Both the position numbers and the translations under genes were made by a program. Under the pieces are notes generated by a model that was given only the letters and a program-made list of their open reading frames with translations, did not search any database and had not been told where the DNA came from. Below are positions 42,655-52,447 of a stretch of DNA of 64,000 bases, one piece after another. The stretch is from an uncultured Methanosarcinaceae archaeon (GTDB taxonomy: Archaea; Halobacteriota; Methanosarcinia; Methanosarcinales; Methanosarcinaceae). Within the stretch, counting starts at the first letter, position 1. Every line of letters begins with the position of its first letter. The stretch spans positions 192,001 through 256,000 of the forward strand of contig CAWJYV010000008.1 in the NCBI GenBank assembly GCA_963847185.1. Reading direction: 5' to 3'.

Positions 42655-43995
42655 TTACTGTGAATCTGTGATGGGGGTTAGCTGACCTCCATCAGTCAGA
42701 GTATAGGTTTTGCCTTCAAGCCAGCTGTTTGTACTGGAATTTGAATCATAGTAGACAGTATAACCATTGTCTTTGATATTGGCCAGTGTGGAGTCTTCAT
42801 CTGTCAGGTTTGTAAGATAAGAAGTTCCTGTCACATTCCATGTACTTGTTGAATCCAGGGTCAAAGCTACCGAACCTCCGGCATTGTCCGAATTTATAGC
42901 TCCTGTAAGGGCAGTGCTATTCTTCAATATGACTGCAATTGAGCTGATATTATCACAGGTAATATTACCGGTAAGGGTCTCATTTTCTGCATTGAAGGTT
43001 ACATTACCACCGTTTGATCCGGTATTACCCCATCTATCGGCACTGGCTGTCAAAAGGGTACCGGATTTTACAGTTAAATCCGCGCCTTTTAGCTCGATTA
43101 TGGATTGAGTGTTTGTAATATAGAAGAGGGGACCTGCTTCTGCCTTAAGTGAGCCACCGTTCATCGTAAATCTGCTGGTACCTACTTCAGCATCGCCGGA
43201 GAAACTCTGGTAGAGCATAGCTCCGCATTTTTTCTCACCTGAAAGAGTGACATTCGTCAGAGATATGGGGTTCTTTCCTTCTATTACGGCTGCTTCTGAT
43301 CCTGTAGCTGTAATTATTGAATCAAATACTGTAATGTTGCCTGTGGAATAAATTCCTGGAGAGCCTTCTCCTGCTGTGTTCATGGTGCCTCCAGTAACAG
43401 TAATAGTTCCGCTTCCACGGTCTGTTGCAATGGCTGCACAGTGCTGGCCGGCGGTGGTGATATCTACATCAGTACAGGTTATAGTACCTGCCTGGGTTGC
43501 ATCCACACCACGGGAACCATCAGCAGAGGTTTCAATTTTAACATTAGTCAAATTAACTGAAGATCCTGAGCCTGTTGCAAATACTGCATTAGCACCATTG
43601 GCGTTTGTAGTTACTGTACAATTACTGAGTTCTATTACACTTCCTGATTCTGCAAGTACGCCAGCATTGAGGCCATAAAAATCACTGTTTTCATTTGAAG
43701 AAGTGTTCCCTGTCTTTGTCACTGTTGAATCATATAAAGTAAAAGTCCCGCTATTATTAACTTTAACAGCACTTTCGTCGGTATTGGTCGCAGTAAATGC
43801 CTGGCTTGAACTTGTTCCGGTTCCTCCGCTCTGTGTGTACGCTTCACTTTCCTTTGAGGTCTCATCTGCCGTATCGGCGGTCTCAATTTTGCTTGAGGTA
43901 TCCGATTTGGCTACACATCCACAACCTGCCAAAGTAATCAAACTGGCAATCAGCACCAACGTGAACATACCTCTAAATATCAGGTACTTTTTCAT
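42655..43995 (-). CDS. Putative lipoprotein with a Thr/Gly/Asn-rich right-handed beta-helix
   Basis: LAGC lipobox; repeats such as FYGLNAGVL, IATDRGSG and GSPGIYSTG. Confidence 0.75.
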   Translation of the reverse strand: MKKYLIFRGMFTLVLIASLITLAGCGCVAKSDTSSKIETADTADETSKESEAYTQSGGTGTSSSQAFTATNTDESAVKVNNSGTFTLYDSTVTKTGNTSSNENSDFYGLNAGVLAESGSVIELSNCTVTTNANGANAVFATGSGSSVNLTNVKIETSADGSRGVDATQAGTITCTDVDITTAGQHCAAIATDRGSGTITVTGGTMNTAGEGSPGIYSTGNITVFDSIITATGSEAAVIEGKNPISLTNVTLSGEKKCGAMLYQSFSGDAEVGTSRFTMNGGSLKAEAGPLFYITNTQSIIELKGADLTVKSGTLLTASADRWGNTGSNGGNVTFNAENETLTGNITCDNISSIAVILKNSTALTGAINSDNAGGSVALTLDSTSTWNVTGTSYLTNLTDEDSTLANIKDNGYTVYYDSNSSTNSWLEGKTYTLTDGGQLTPITDSQ

Positions 43996-44554
43996 TTTTC
44001 TCTTCCTCGTCTAGATTGATCGCTTCCTAACTCTCTTACTCTATAATATTTGTGGCTCAACTCAGTGTAATCTTCTCATATTTTATAGTGATTATGCTCA
44101 TCAGGTATACTCATAAGGGATTTAAGACTAACCTGAAAAATCAATATCATCAGGCTTTTTAATGTGGTTTTTTCCAGATCATCTTTATGTGACCCTTAAT
44201 CATCAGATAAATAGATAAAGATACTTGCAGGATGAGAGCTAAAAAGAGATTTATTCTGTTTTTTAAGGTTAATTAATCAACTTTTATTAAATTAAAGCTT
44301 CATTAAGTCTTTTTAAACTTTATATTTTTGTTTTAAAGTTTCATACTTCAAATCTACTCAAAAAATAATTGATTGTTCTTAGAAAATAAAAATCGTATTT
44401 TGAATTCCTCCAGCTTTGCTTCGGAATCACGGGAAATTGGAAATTTTCTGGGAGTTACGATGTAGCCACAACAGTAAGCAGTCTGTTTCTCTTAGCCCAA
44501 GCGGACCAATTTATATTAACTAAGTTTTGCTCAAGCAGATTTATCCTTGCTTCA

Positions 44555-45403
44555 TCAGTTTTTCCTAAAGGCTACTTTTTTTCCACAGTACTGGTGGAGT
44601 TTTTTCGTTCCTCCAGCCTCACTGACGACGGTAAGCATTGTCCAGGGGTCAAGAATCCGGGTACCCATTACTGCAGTAACTCCTCTCTCAAAGAAGGGTT
44701 TTGGGTAGAGCGGAGCGCTTGGGCCAAGTAGAATTACCTCTCTTGCTTCTCCTCGGAGAGAAAGAAGTTCATCAAATGTTTGATTAGCAAGGGTACTTGC
44801 ACTGAGGATAATTACGTCAGATTCAGGCAGAATTTCTCTCGCTTTTTCGGAGGGCAGGGTTCTGACTTTTGGGTTTTCGATTTCACGTTTCTCGAGGACT
44901 GTGAATTTACTGGTTATTTTCAGAATTTTTGGGACAAGGGGGCTGAAGTATCCAACCATTGCAACGCTATCTTCAGGTTCTATAAGGTCAAGGATGTCCA
45001 CTTCAGATGTAGGAAATTTTTCAGGTTCGAGATCCAATAGCATGTGAGAAAGAGCATTTGCTGTTGAAATTCCAATCGCTGTTTCGAGGGGGTTTTCCGA
45101 GAGGGCCAGTTCAAGAATCTTATCCGCAGTTTTTCCTTTCAATATGCCTGAAAAACCCAGGGACGGACAGCCGGAAAATTCGTAAAGAGGAGTGCAGGCT
45201 ACGCCTCCGTAATTCTCAGATAACATGACTCCTGTATAAGCTAGCCCTATTCTGATATCTTTAACCTCAATTTCTTCAAGGGCCGGGCCAAAATCATTTC
45301 TTATTTCTTTCACAAGAGCAGATAATATTCCATTTTCTGTCCCTTTTTCCTGATTCTCATTCTCAAATCTTTTTATTTTCGCACAGTTTCCAGTTTCTGG
45401 CAT
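44555..45403 (-). CDS. DUF364 / Rossmann-like domain protein
   Basis: RIGLAYTGV, IGISTANAL, VAMVGYF.P, SASTLANQT and LLGPS motifs. Confidence 0.85.
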   Translation of the reverse strand: MPETGNCAKIKRFENENQEKGTENGILSALVKEIRNDFGPALEEIEVKDIRIGLAYTGVMLSENYGGVACTPLYEFSGCPSLGFSGILKGKTADKILELALSENPLETAIGISTANALSHMLLDLEPEKFPTSEVDILDLIEPEDSVAMVGYFSPLVPKILKITSKFTVLEKREIENPKVRTLPSEKAREILPESDVIILSASTLANQTFDELLSLRGEAREVILLGPSAPLYPKPFFERGVTAVMGTRILDPWTMLTVVSEAGGTKKLHQYCGKKVAFRKN

Positions 45404-45500
45404 TCAGCCACCTTTTTGAGTATGTAACCCACTGATACACGTATTGATATGTTTGAAAACACATAACGATTAATAAAGTTTTTTCCAAAAATTAGAATTG

Positions 45501-45615
45501 GGTCGTGTCCGTTAGTTATTGATCAATTCTGAAAAAGCGAGTACATCTTCAGCATCTTAGTAAAATGAAGAGAGGTTCTTATGCTTATGATTTTCAATAA
45601 CTCACACCCACTACC
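45501..45615. mobile_element. 115-bp IS1-type MITE with 8-bp target-site duplication TAGAATTG
   Basis: Left end GGTCGTGTCCGTTAGTTATTGA and reverse-complemented right end GGTAGTGGGTGTGAGTTATTGA match at 17/22. TAGAATTG occurs at 45493-45500 and 45616-45623. Confidence 0.85.
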
Positions 45616-45710
45616 TAGAATTGGGGATAAGGAGATTAGTTTTCAGGAGTTTAGGATCCGTTATGAGTTTTATTTTCTGAAAAAAAGGATTTTAAGATTT
45701 TTTACACTAA

Positions 45711-46352
45711 TCATATATCATACAATCTTTTTCTATATTTTTCCAGCTCTTCTGCTCCTCTTTCTCTGGACATACCGCTTACTTCGTATATTATGTGAGA
45801 AGGCAGTACTTTCATTCCCATAAATTCAAAAATACAGTGAGTTACAGATTCCAGGCGTTTATTAAGATCTCCATGCGCCCCGCTTTCGGAATACATTCCT
45901 TCAGGAGCTCCGGTGGTCGTAGCGAGCATTGCAGACTTGTCTTTGAAAAGTCCGGTTTCGTATGCACTGTTAGTAGCCGGATTAAACCCAAATCCAGGAG
46001 CTAAAACGCGGTCGATCCAGCCTTTCATTATGGCTGGCATGGACGTAAAGTATATTGGGAACTGGAAGATCAGGAGATCGGCCCACTTTACTTTTTCCAT
46101 CTCTTCTTTAATGTCGGGAACAAAAGCCCCTGTCTTTGAAGCATTTAAAGCTTCCAGGAAGGCATTAAAAATATCCGGTTTTTTCCTATCGGGAAAGTCC
46201 GAAGCTTTCAGGATGGGATCAAAATTCATTGCATACAGGTCAGAAAGTTTCACTTCATGCCCCTTTTCCTGCAGGGCAGATAACGCTTCATCTTTCAAAG
46301 CGCCGTTAAATGATTTCGGTTCCGGGTGTGCGTAAATGTAAAGGACTTTCAT
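45711..46352 (-). CDS. NAD(P)H:quinone oxidoreductase, flavodoxin_2 family
   Basis: YAHPEPKSFN, SDLYAMNF and FQFPIYF..MPAIMKGWIDRV motifs. Confidence 0.93.
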   Translation of the reverse strand: MKVLYIYAHPEPKSFNGALKDEALSALQEKGHEVKLSDLYAMNFDPILKASDFPDRKKPDIFNAFLEALNASKTGAFVPDIKEEMEKVKWADLLIFQFPIYFTSMPAIMKGWIDRVLAPGFGFNPATNSAYETGLFKDKSAMLATTTGAPEGMYSESGAHGDLNKRLESVTHCIFEFMGMKVLPSHIIYEVSGMSRERGAEELEKYRKRLYDI

Positions 46353-46521
46353 TCCATTCCCCCAAATTCTATCTATAAGATTTATTTCCCTGAATAAAAA
46401 AGTAAGGTCACCTTTCTTTTTTGAGGTAAATATGCACGAAATTTGCTCATTGGACTTTTACTGAGTGAGCTTCTGCATTAGCATGCATCAAACAAAAACA
46501 TAAATTCGCTGTTTAGCTAAA

Positions 46522-47097
46522 TCATGCGTTGAGCTTCTTCAAAAGCCAGGCCATATTCCGGCCCAGAGTTTGCATTGTCCTGATGCCTTCCTCATCTTTT
46601 TCAACTTCACCTTCTGCAAGACCTATTCCCATATTCCAGTAACTGGATCCAGGAATTATCATCTCAGAAATGGTAAAGAAATGGTTGATGGAATCAAAGA
46701 CATGAATTGATCCTGCCCTTCTTACTGCAACAACAGCTGCCCCTACTTTGTGTTTGAACATGTCATTATTGGCTTTGGCAACAAAGCCAGCTCTGTCTAT
46801 TAGGGCTTTGAGCTCAGGAGTCAGGTCTGCAAAATAGGTAGGAGAGGCGAGGATAATGCCATCTGCTTCAAGCATCTTGTCGATACATTCGTTTACGATA
46901 TCTTTACTTCTAACACAATTCCTGTCTTTATTTTCAAAACATTTCCCACATGCAGTGCAGCCGTGGATACTTTTTCCTCCTACCTGCACAGTTTCAGTTC
47001 CTACCCCTTCCTTTTCAAGTTCAGCGAGGACATATTGGATCAGGATAGCCGTATTTCCATTCTTTCTCGGACTTCCGTTGAATGCAATAACTTTCAT
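46522..47097 (-). CDS. Iron-sulfur flavoprotein (Isf) family protein
   Basis: GSPRKNGNT and CTACGKC...C motifs. Confidence 0.92.
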   Translation of the reverse strand: MKVIAFNGSPRKNGNTAILIQYVLAELEKEGVGTETVQVGGKSIHGCTACGKCFENKDRNCVRSKDIVNECIDKMLEADGIILASPTYFADLTPELKALIDRAGFVAKANNDMFKHKVGAAVVAVRRAGSIHVFDSINHFFTISEMIIPGSSYWNMGIGLAEGEVEKDEEGIRTMQTLGRNMAWLLKKLNA

Positions 47098-47150
47098 TTC
47101 TTGATTCCCTCTAGAAAACTACTTTTCTATATTTTAATCAACTTTTTCTT

Positions 47151-47723
47151 TTACTCGTTCCCTTTCAGACTTTTTCCTATTTTCCAGGCGGCTCCGGCAT
47201 AGTCCCCTACGACCCAGTAATTGTTGTCTGGCATAGTAAGAAGAAGGGGGTCCATTTTCTTGATGTCCGGTTTACCCTGAGTAAGATATTGCTCTTCAGA
47301 ATAGGCATCAGTAATTTCTCCAACAAAAAAGTAGTGTGTTGGAAATTCCAGGATTTCGACCAGCCTGCACTCAAGGTTCAGAGTGCATTCTTTAATCATG
47401 GGAGCTGTTTCCAATTCTCCGTAAAATACTTCAAACATATTGGATTTATCTGTCTTTTCCCCGGAGAAAAGTCCACAGTAATCGGTTTCTTTAATCATTT
47501 CAGCACCTGGAAAATTGATGCTGAAGTTTTTGTTTTCCTTTATACCCCCTGGCGTGTAATGGGATTTGCGCACTCCTATTCCTATCATTGGAGGGTTTGC
47601 ATTCACACGAGTGACCCAGCCGAGAGCCATAAAATTGGCTTTCCCTTTAACGTTTACCCCAAGGAGGGTTACTGGCATAGGATATACGAATACGTTGTTA
47701 TTGATCTTGATTTTGTCTACCAT
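47151..47723 (-). CDS. Flavin reductase / flavoredoxin family protein
   Basis: YPMPVTLLG, FSINFP, DYCG..SG and APMIKEC..NLEC motifs. Confidence 0.92.
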   Translation of the reverse strand: MVDKIKINNNVFVYPMPVTLLGVNVKGKANFMALGWVTRVNANPPMIGIGVRKSHYTPGGIKENKNFSINFPGAEMIKETDYCGLFSGEKTDKSNMFEVFYGELETAPMIKECTLNLECRLVEILEFPTHYFFVGEITDAYSEEQYLTQGKPDIKKMDPLLLTMPDNNYWVVGDYAGAAWKIGKSLKGNE

Positions 47724-47845
47724 GATCGCCTTCCCCCAACGATTGTTAAGAGTTTTTTGCAGACAATATTTTAAAATACTCTATCCCCTGTTTTGTCATT
47801 TTTATCTGGAATAACACAGAGCCCTTATCCTGCCTGTTTTCGGCA

Positions 47846-48370
47846 TCATTTTTGCTTCTGGCCGTATCTGTTGTAATAAGCTTTTTCTTCCCTATACCTG
47901 TCCTGAGGTGTGGGTTCCTGAGCAGGATATCCTATAGGTATAAAAGCCAGAGGAATTACATGTTCAGGCAGCCCAAAAGCTTTCCGAAAACCCTCAATTC
48001 GGTCCTTCATGGGATAGATTCCTGTCCAGACTGCTCCAAGGCCGCAATCGTGAGCTGCAAGCAGGAGGTTCTGGGTGGCTGCAGAACAATCCTGTACCCA
48101 GAAGCCGGGAATTTTTTCCTGAGTCGTATCTCCGCAGATCAGGATTGCAAGGGATGCTTCTCTGCACATAGCAGCATAAGGGCTGAACGTAGGAATTTCT
48201 TCAAGAAGCTTTCTGTCATCGACAACAATGAAGATCCAGGGCTGGGAATTAACAGCCGACGGGGCGCTCATAGCAGCCCTGAGTAATTCTGTGACAAGCT
48301 CCCTTGGAACTTGCCTGTCTGTGTATTTTCTAATGCTTCTTCGAGTGTGAATTGCTTCAAGAGTGTCCAT
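47846..48370 (-). CDS. Nitroreductase family protein
   Basis: RRSIRKY, APSAVNSQPW and QNLLLAAH..GLGAVW motifs. Confidence 0.95.
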   Translation of the reverse strand: MDTLEAIHTRRSIRKYTDRQVPRELVTELLRAAMSAPSAVNSQPWIFIVVDDRKLLEEIPTFSPYAAMCREASLAILICGDTTQEKIPGFWVQDCSAATQNLLLAAHDCGLGAVWTGIYPMKDRIEGFRKAFGLPEHVIPLAFIPIGYPAQEPTPQDRYREEKAYYNRYGQKQK

Positions 48371-48460
48371 ACTAATACTTCCTCCCCTTTTGTGAAAAAA
48401 TGAGCATGGAAGCCCCTTATGTATGGGCTTCCTGTTTTTCTGAGTTTTTAATTTTTTTCA

Positions 48461-49027
48461 TTATTTAAGCAGATTAAGGCCTGCATTCTTTGCTTTATTC
48501 ATGAATTCTGCGTTATTCTTAACTTCTCCTGGAGCCTGATATCCGGCTGCAACAAGGGTATCTTTTACATCCATGCCCAGGAAGTTGGAAATTTCCCCTG
48601 CAAACTCTTCATAAACTCCTTTATATGCAGCAGGATCAGGCACACCCTGAGCTCCCACAATCACCGCTTTTTTTCCGGCTGGCAGGCGGGAGGTATGATC
48701 AGGATTTACCAGAGAATAGCAGCGGTCCAGGAAGAGCCGCATCTGGCCTGTAAACTGGGCAAAATAGATGGGAGATCCGAATACCACTCCATCAGCAGCT
48801 GCCAATTCGTCTAACAGTTCTGCAAGGTCATCTTCAAGTTTGCACTTATCATGAGCTTTACAGTAGTTGCAGGCCTGGCAGCCTTTGTAGTTCATCTCAT
48901 TGAGAATAAAGTTCCTTGTTTCAGCTCCTGCTTCAGATGCTCCTTCAAGGACCTGCTGGACAACAGCGTTTGTGTTTCCGTTTTTGCGGGGACTTCCTAC
49001 GATACCTATTACTTTCATTCTACTCAC
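48461..49027 (-). CDS. Iron-sulfur flavoprotein (Isf) family protein
   Basis: [16 protein letters not shown]...C and GSPIYF motifs. Confidence 0.92.
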   Translation of the reverse strand: MSRMKVIGIVGSPRKNGNTNAVVQQVLEGASEAGAETRNFILNEMNYKGCQACNYCKAHDKCKLEDDLAELLDELAAADGVVFGSPIYFAQFTGQMRLFLDRCYSLVNPDHTSRLPAGKKAVIVGAQGVPDPAAYKGVYEEFAGEISNFLGMDVKDTLVAAGYQAPGEVKNNAEFMNKAKNAGLNLLK

Positions 49028-49032
49028 GCCTC

Positions 49033-49090
49033 TTATTTTTAACTAAATATTCTCAAATCTGTTATTTTTAACTAAATATTCTCAAATCTG
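49033..49090. repeat. Exact 29-bp tandem duplication in the divergent promoter region
   Basis: TTATTTTTAACTAAATATTCTCAAATCTG occurs twice in tandem. Confidence 0.9.
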
Positions 49091-49264
49091 TTTTGAGTTA
49101 TATTTGTTGATTTTACATTTATTGAATTTATATTCATTGAGTTTATATTTGTTATTTCTTTTGAAGCAACCTATGCTTGATGATATCTAATTTGCAGCAA
49201 CTATACTTATATACTATACATACTATCCGGGTACTAACTAACAAAATGGATACTATGAGAGCTT

Positions 49265-49612
49265 ATGGTAAGTGAGAGGAAAAATAACAGGCATTACCAT
49301 TGTCCAGTAGAAGCGACTCTTGAGGTAATCGGAGGCAAATGGAAGCCTATTATCCTATGGCAGTTGAGGGCAGAAAAGCTTCGTTTTTCAGGGCTTCAGC
49401 AAAGCATGCAGGGAATCTCTCCCAAAATGCTTACTAAACAGCTTCGAGAGCTTGAAGAAGACGGGTTGATCCTGAGGGAAATTTATCCTGAAATTCCTCC
49501 TAAAGTTGAATATTCTCTGACAGAATTCGGAAAAACAGTTCTTCCTGTTCTGGATGCCCTTTGTGAATGGGGAAATGAGTACCTTGGAAGAGAGTGTCTA
49601 CTAGATAAATAG
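49265..49612 (+). CDS. HxlR-family winged-helix regulator
   Basis: CPVEATLEVIGGKWK, ISPKMLTKQLRELE and PPKVEYSLT motifs. Confidence 0.95.
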   Translation: MVSERKNNRHYHCPVEATLEVIGGKWKPIILWQLRAEKLRFSGLQQSMQGISPKMLTKQLRELEEDGLILREIYPEIPPKVEYSLTEFGKTVLPVLDALCEWGNEYLGRECLLDK

Positions 49613-49951
49613 TAGAATTTTCAGTTTATTTCAGACGAACGCTTTTATCCCCTTATTCATGAGATGTTTATGATTAATTTCAGGAAAGCTATATCTCAAT
49701 ATTCACGCAACAAATAAAAATAAGTTTTCTCCCTCTAAGTTGATATCGGTATGGGGTTCAGCCTTTACTCTATTAAAATAGAATGAATCTATAATTCAAA
49801 TAACAATATTCTCTTAAAATATAAAAACAACGATATCCTCTGGGTAAAATACAAATAACAGTATTCTCAGATAAATTCAAAAATTTTTAAAGTCTAATTA
49901 CTAGCTATTGCTAATTATTAATAGGTTAGAAATTAACAGAAACTTTCAAAG

Positions 49952-52297
49952 ATGGAGAGATACCAGGTTAAACATATGATGCAGAAGAACGGATACATGC
50001 GGTATTTTACAAAACAAAGCTGCTACCCTAATCAGGCAGAGGCTATGGAGAAAATTAACTCGGCTCTCCTGCAGGAAAAAATTGTGCTTTTTGAAGGGGC
50101 ATGTGGGACAGGCAAGACTCTGAGTGCGCTTGCCCCCGCATTGAGTGTGGGGACGAAACTCAATAAACTGGTCATTATAGTTACTAACGTTCATCAACAA
50201 ATGGTTCAGTTCATAAACGAAGCAAGAGAAATCTCCCAAAATAACAGCATAAAAACTATTGTGTTTAAGGGTAAGACTTCTATGTGCCCTGAAAATCTCG
50301 ACTACGAGGAATGTAAACTAAATGGAGAAAACACCTATGACCTCCTCGAGTTTGAAAGGGAAGTTGCTTCAAAGGAAAAAGAGCTTAAGGACGCCTATGA
50401 AAAGTACAAAAAGACAAAGGACCCTTCTCTTTATGCCTTAAGGAACGAGCTAGAAAAAGAAGTTGAAGAAGCCCGAAAAAAGGCTCAGTCTCTAAGGAGC
50501 CATTCCTGTCCGAAGCTTTATGAGGTACTGAAGTTTGAAGGAAGTGAGTTCTCTTCCTGGCTTTTCTCGGACGTAAGAAGTCCTGAGGAAGTTATGGAAT
50601 ACGCAGAAGACCGGGGAATGTGCGGGTATGAACTACTTAAAAAAGAACTCAAAAATGCCGAGCTTCTGATCTGCAATTTCCACCATGTGCTCAGTGCCGA
50701 TATTTTTATGACCCTTCTTAAATGGCTTGAAAAAACTCCAGAAGATATTATCCTCATTTTTGACGAAGCGCATAATATTGAATCTGCTGCTCGTTCTCAT
50801 TCTTCTATAATGCTTTCAGAGCTAACCATTGAAAAAGCTCTTTCTGAAGTAGGAGAAGTTCCTGATTCCGATAGTTCTCCTGCATTTGGGGGGAGAACTG
50901 TCCTAGGAAACGGCATTCCTCTTGATCAGGACTATACGGTCCGTTTCTATGCAAAAAAACTTTTTTCCTGCCTGCTGGCTGTTCTCAAGGATACGTACGA
51001 CTCTAAGTTGAAGTTCGGAGAAAGAAACAGGCTTGGAAAAAACTGGCAGGATATTCAGATCAGTGATCCCTATGAACGCCTTGATATCCTTAAAGCTCGT
51101 TTTTTGCGGGATGCGAAGAAGGAAGGATTTGCAGATGAAGAGCAGGTGCTTACTCGGCTTCGGGAAATAGGAGAATTCGGAGGCAGGCTGGAAGAAATTT
51201 ACGCTGAAAATTATAAAAAGGGACTTCTTGCCGTCCCTAAACGCTCCCAGATCAGGTACGTTGCCGATTTTCTATCCTCTTATCTGGTACTTTCTGACAG
51301 GCAAAATTACTATCCTATCTTAAACATTAGAAAAGACTTTAAAAGTGACAGGGTTGTCGGCAGGATCGAACTCTTCACGTGCATCCCTAAAAATGTGACT
51401 CAGCCTCTACTTGATTCCGTTTATTCCGCAGTGCTCATGTCGGCTACGCTTCGCCCTTTCGAGATGGTTAAATCCACACTTGGGATTTCGAGGGAAGTTG
51501 AAGAAATTGTTTATGCAACTACATTTCCTCAGGAAAAAAGGTTAACTCTTGCGGTTTCAATTCCTCCCCTTTTTTCGAAAAATAGGGATAGCCACGAGAC
51601 TCTGGAAAGTTTAAAAGAAACTCTCCTTGCAGCTACCGTTGCCTCTCCCGGGAATGTGATAATTTATTTCCAGAGCTATGCCGAAGCCCTACGCTATACA
51701 AAGCTTCTTGAACCCGAACTCTCTATTCCAATTTTTCTTGACGAAGTGGGAGTTTCAGCCCAGGAAATAAGGGAAAAGTTTTTCAAAATAGGTGAAGAGG
51801 GAAGAAAAGCTGTTCTTGTGACCTATCTCTGGGGGACGTTGAGTGAAGGCGTTGATTTCAGAGACAATCGCGGAAGGACGGTTATCGTTGTTGGAGTTGG
51901 ATATCCAGCTCTAAACGACAGAACCAAGGCTGTCGAGTCTGCATATGATATGGTTTTCGGTTGCGGAGAAGGCTGGGAATATGCAGTTCAGGTTCCGACA
52001 ATCAGAAAAGTCAGGCAGGCGATGGGAAGGGTAGTTCGTTCTCCAAAGGATTTTGGAGTCAGAATTCTCCTCGATTCTCGTTATCAAGGTTCCCAGATGC
52101 GCAAACTGGGCAAATTCTCTGTCTTTCAATACTTCCCTCCGGAAGAAAGAAGAGAATTTATTGATGTAGCTCCCAGAGATGTGGGAAGCCTGGTGGAAGA
52201 ATTTTTTGCAAATATAAAAAATAGTCCGGAAAAAAAGGAACAGGAATCTCCGGCTTCAAGCCGGCTGGAGTTTGGGAGCCTTGCTGAAAAGCTCTGA
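49952..52297 (+). CDS. Rad3/XPD/DinG-family Fe-S DNA helicase
   Basis: GACGTGKT Walker A, Fe-S cysteines, DEAH, MSATL, SEGVDF and QAMGRVVR motifs. Confidence 0.93.
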   Translation: MERYQVKHMMQKNGYMRYFTKQSCYPNQAEAMEKINSALLQEKIVLFEGACGTGKTLSALAPALSVGTKLNKLVIIVTNVHQQMVQFINEAREISQNNSIKTIVFKGKTSMCPENLDYEECKLNGENTYDLLEFEREVASKEKELKDAYEKYKKTKDPSLYALRNELEKEVEEARKKAQSLRSHSCPKLYEVLKFEGSEFSSWLFSDVRSPEEVMEYAEDRGMCGYELLKKELKNAELLICNFHHVLSADIFMTLLKWLEKTPEDIILIFDEAHNIESAARSHSSIMLSELTIEKALSEVGEVPDSDSSPAFGGRTVLGNGIPLDQDYTVRFYAKKLFSCLLAVLKDTYDSKLKFGERNRLGKNWQDIQISDPYERLDILKARFLRDAKKEGFADEEQVLTRLREIGEFGGRLEEIYAENYKKGLLAVPKRSQIRYVADFLSSYLVLSDRQNYYPILNIRKDFKSDRVVGRIELFTCIPKNVTQPLLDSVYSAVLMSATLRPFEMVKSTLGISREVEEIVYATTFPQEKRLTLAVSIPPLFSKNRDSHETLESLKETLLAATVASPGNVIIYFQSYAEALRYTKLLEPELSIPIFLDEVGVSAQEIREKFFKIGEEGRKAVLVTYLWGTLSEGVDFRDNRGRTVIVVGVGYPALNDRTKAVESAYDMVFGCGEGWEYAVQVPTIRKVRQAMGRVVRSPKDFGVRILLDSRYQGSQMRKLGKFSVFQYFPPEERREFIDVAPRDVGSLVEEFFANIKNSPEKKEQESPASSRLEFGSLAEKL

Positions 52298-52447
52298 AAT
52301 GTTTGAGCTTTCAAAATTTGAAACTTAAAAGTGTCTCTTTTGAAATACTAATCTAGGAATTATTGCATCATTTACAATATTATATTCAGAAGTTTTTTCT
52401 GGGATTGGAGATCCCAGAAGTCTGCAATTTGTTTCTAATGATTCCAC

